DNA of 64,000 nucleotides from NCBI RefSeq assembly GCF_988243305.1, contig NZ_OZ547136.1; one strand, 5' to 3'. Shown piece by piece: positions 63,683 to 64,000 of this stretch (position 1 is its first letter; each line of letters starts with the position of its first letter). The notes under the pieces were generated by a model. It saw only the letters and a program-made list of their open reading frames with translations, ran no database searches and was not told where the DNA came from. The position numbers and the translations under genes were made by a program.

Positions 63683-64000
63683 TCACTCCCCGACCAGAAT
63701 CACTTCAACCCCAGCCTTTCGCAGCCCTTCCAGACTATCCGCAGGAATGCCTTCATCAACAATGATCATGTCGATACGTTGAGTATCAATGATCTTATGT
63801 AAACTGGAACGATTGAACTTACTGGAATCGGTGACCACGATGATCCGTTCCGCAACTTCGCACATCCGGCGGTTTAAACGAGCTTCATCTTCATTATGTG
63901 TGCTGACGCCGCGCTCCAGATCGATCGCATCTACACCAAGAAACAGCATATCGAAGTGGTAATTTTGCAGCGATTGCTCAGCCTGATCGCCGTAAAAAGA
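63683..64000 (-). CDS. agaR: DeoR-family repressor AgaR, C-terminal part only (gene continues beyond window end)
   Basis: stop at 63683-63685; DeoR C-terminal sugar-binding region ([17 protein letters not shown]...); 5' end outside window. Confidence 0.8.

Overview
This window is a contiguous stretch of Escherichia coli chromosome, collinear with the K-12 map from yqjI to agaR (about 3.21-3.28 Mb). All calls come from reading the sequence and the supplied ORF track against remembered K-12 proteins; no database search was run. Most of it is ordinary core genome: aer, patA, the ebgRAC operon, ygjIJK, fadH, higA, rlmG, ygjPQR, alx, sstT, the uxaCA/exuTR hexuronate genes, the yqj and yha clusters, cyuPA, the tdc operon, RNase P RNA (rnpB), the gar genes, the prlF-yhaV toxin-antitoxin pair, and the 3' end of agaR. 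Gene starts were trimmed to K-12-like lengths where the track ORF ran long. Three things do not fit the K-12 picture as I remember it. The main one is a 513-aa ORF between ygjK and fadH built from three degenerate tandem copies of a ~120-aa module plus a Pro/basic-rich tail, with no family I recognise; it is the best candidate for something undescribed. Next to it, a 1432-bp IS3-family element with the hallmarks of IS1397 sits inside a REP palindrome about 150 bp upstream of fadH. The higB toxin gene appears reduced to its first ~36 codons and fused in frame to an intact higA. A GC-rich structured ~230-bp element between alx and sstT is also unexplained. No CRISPR array, tRNA or rRNA is present.
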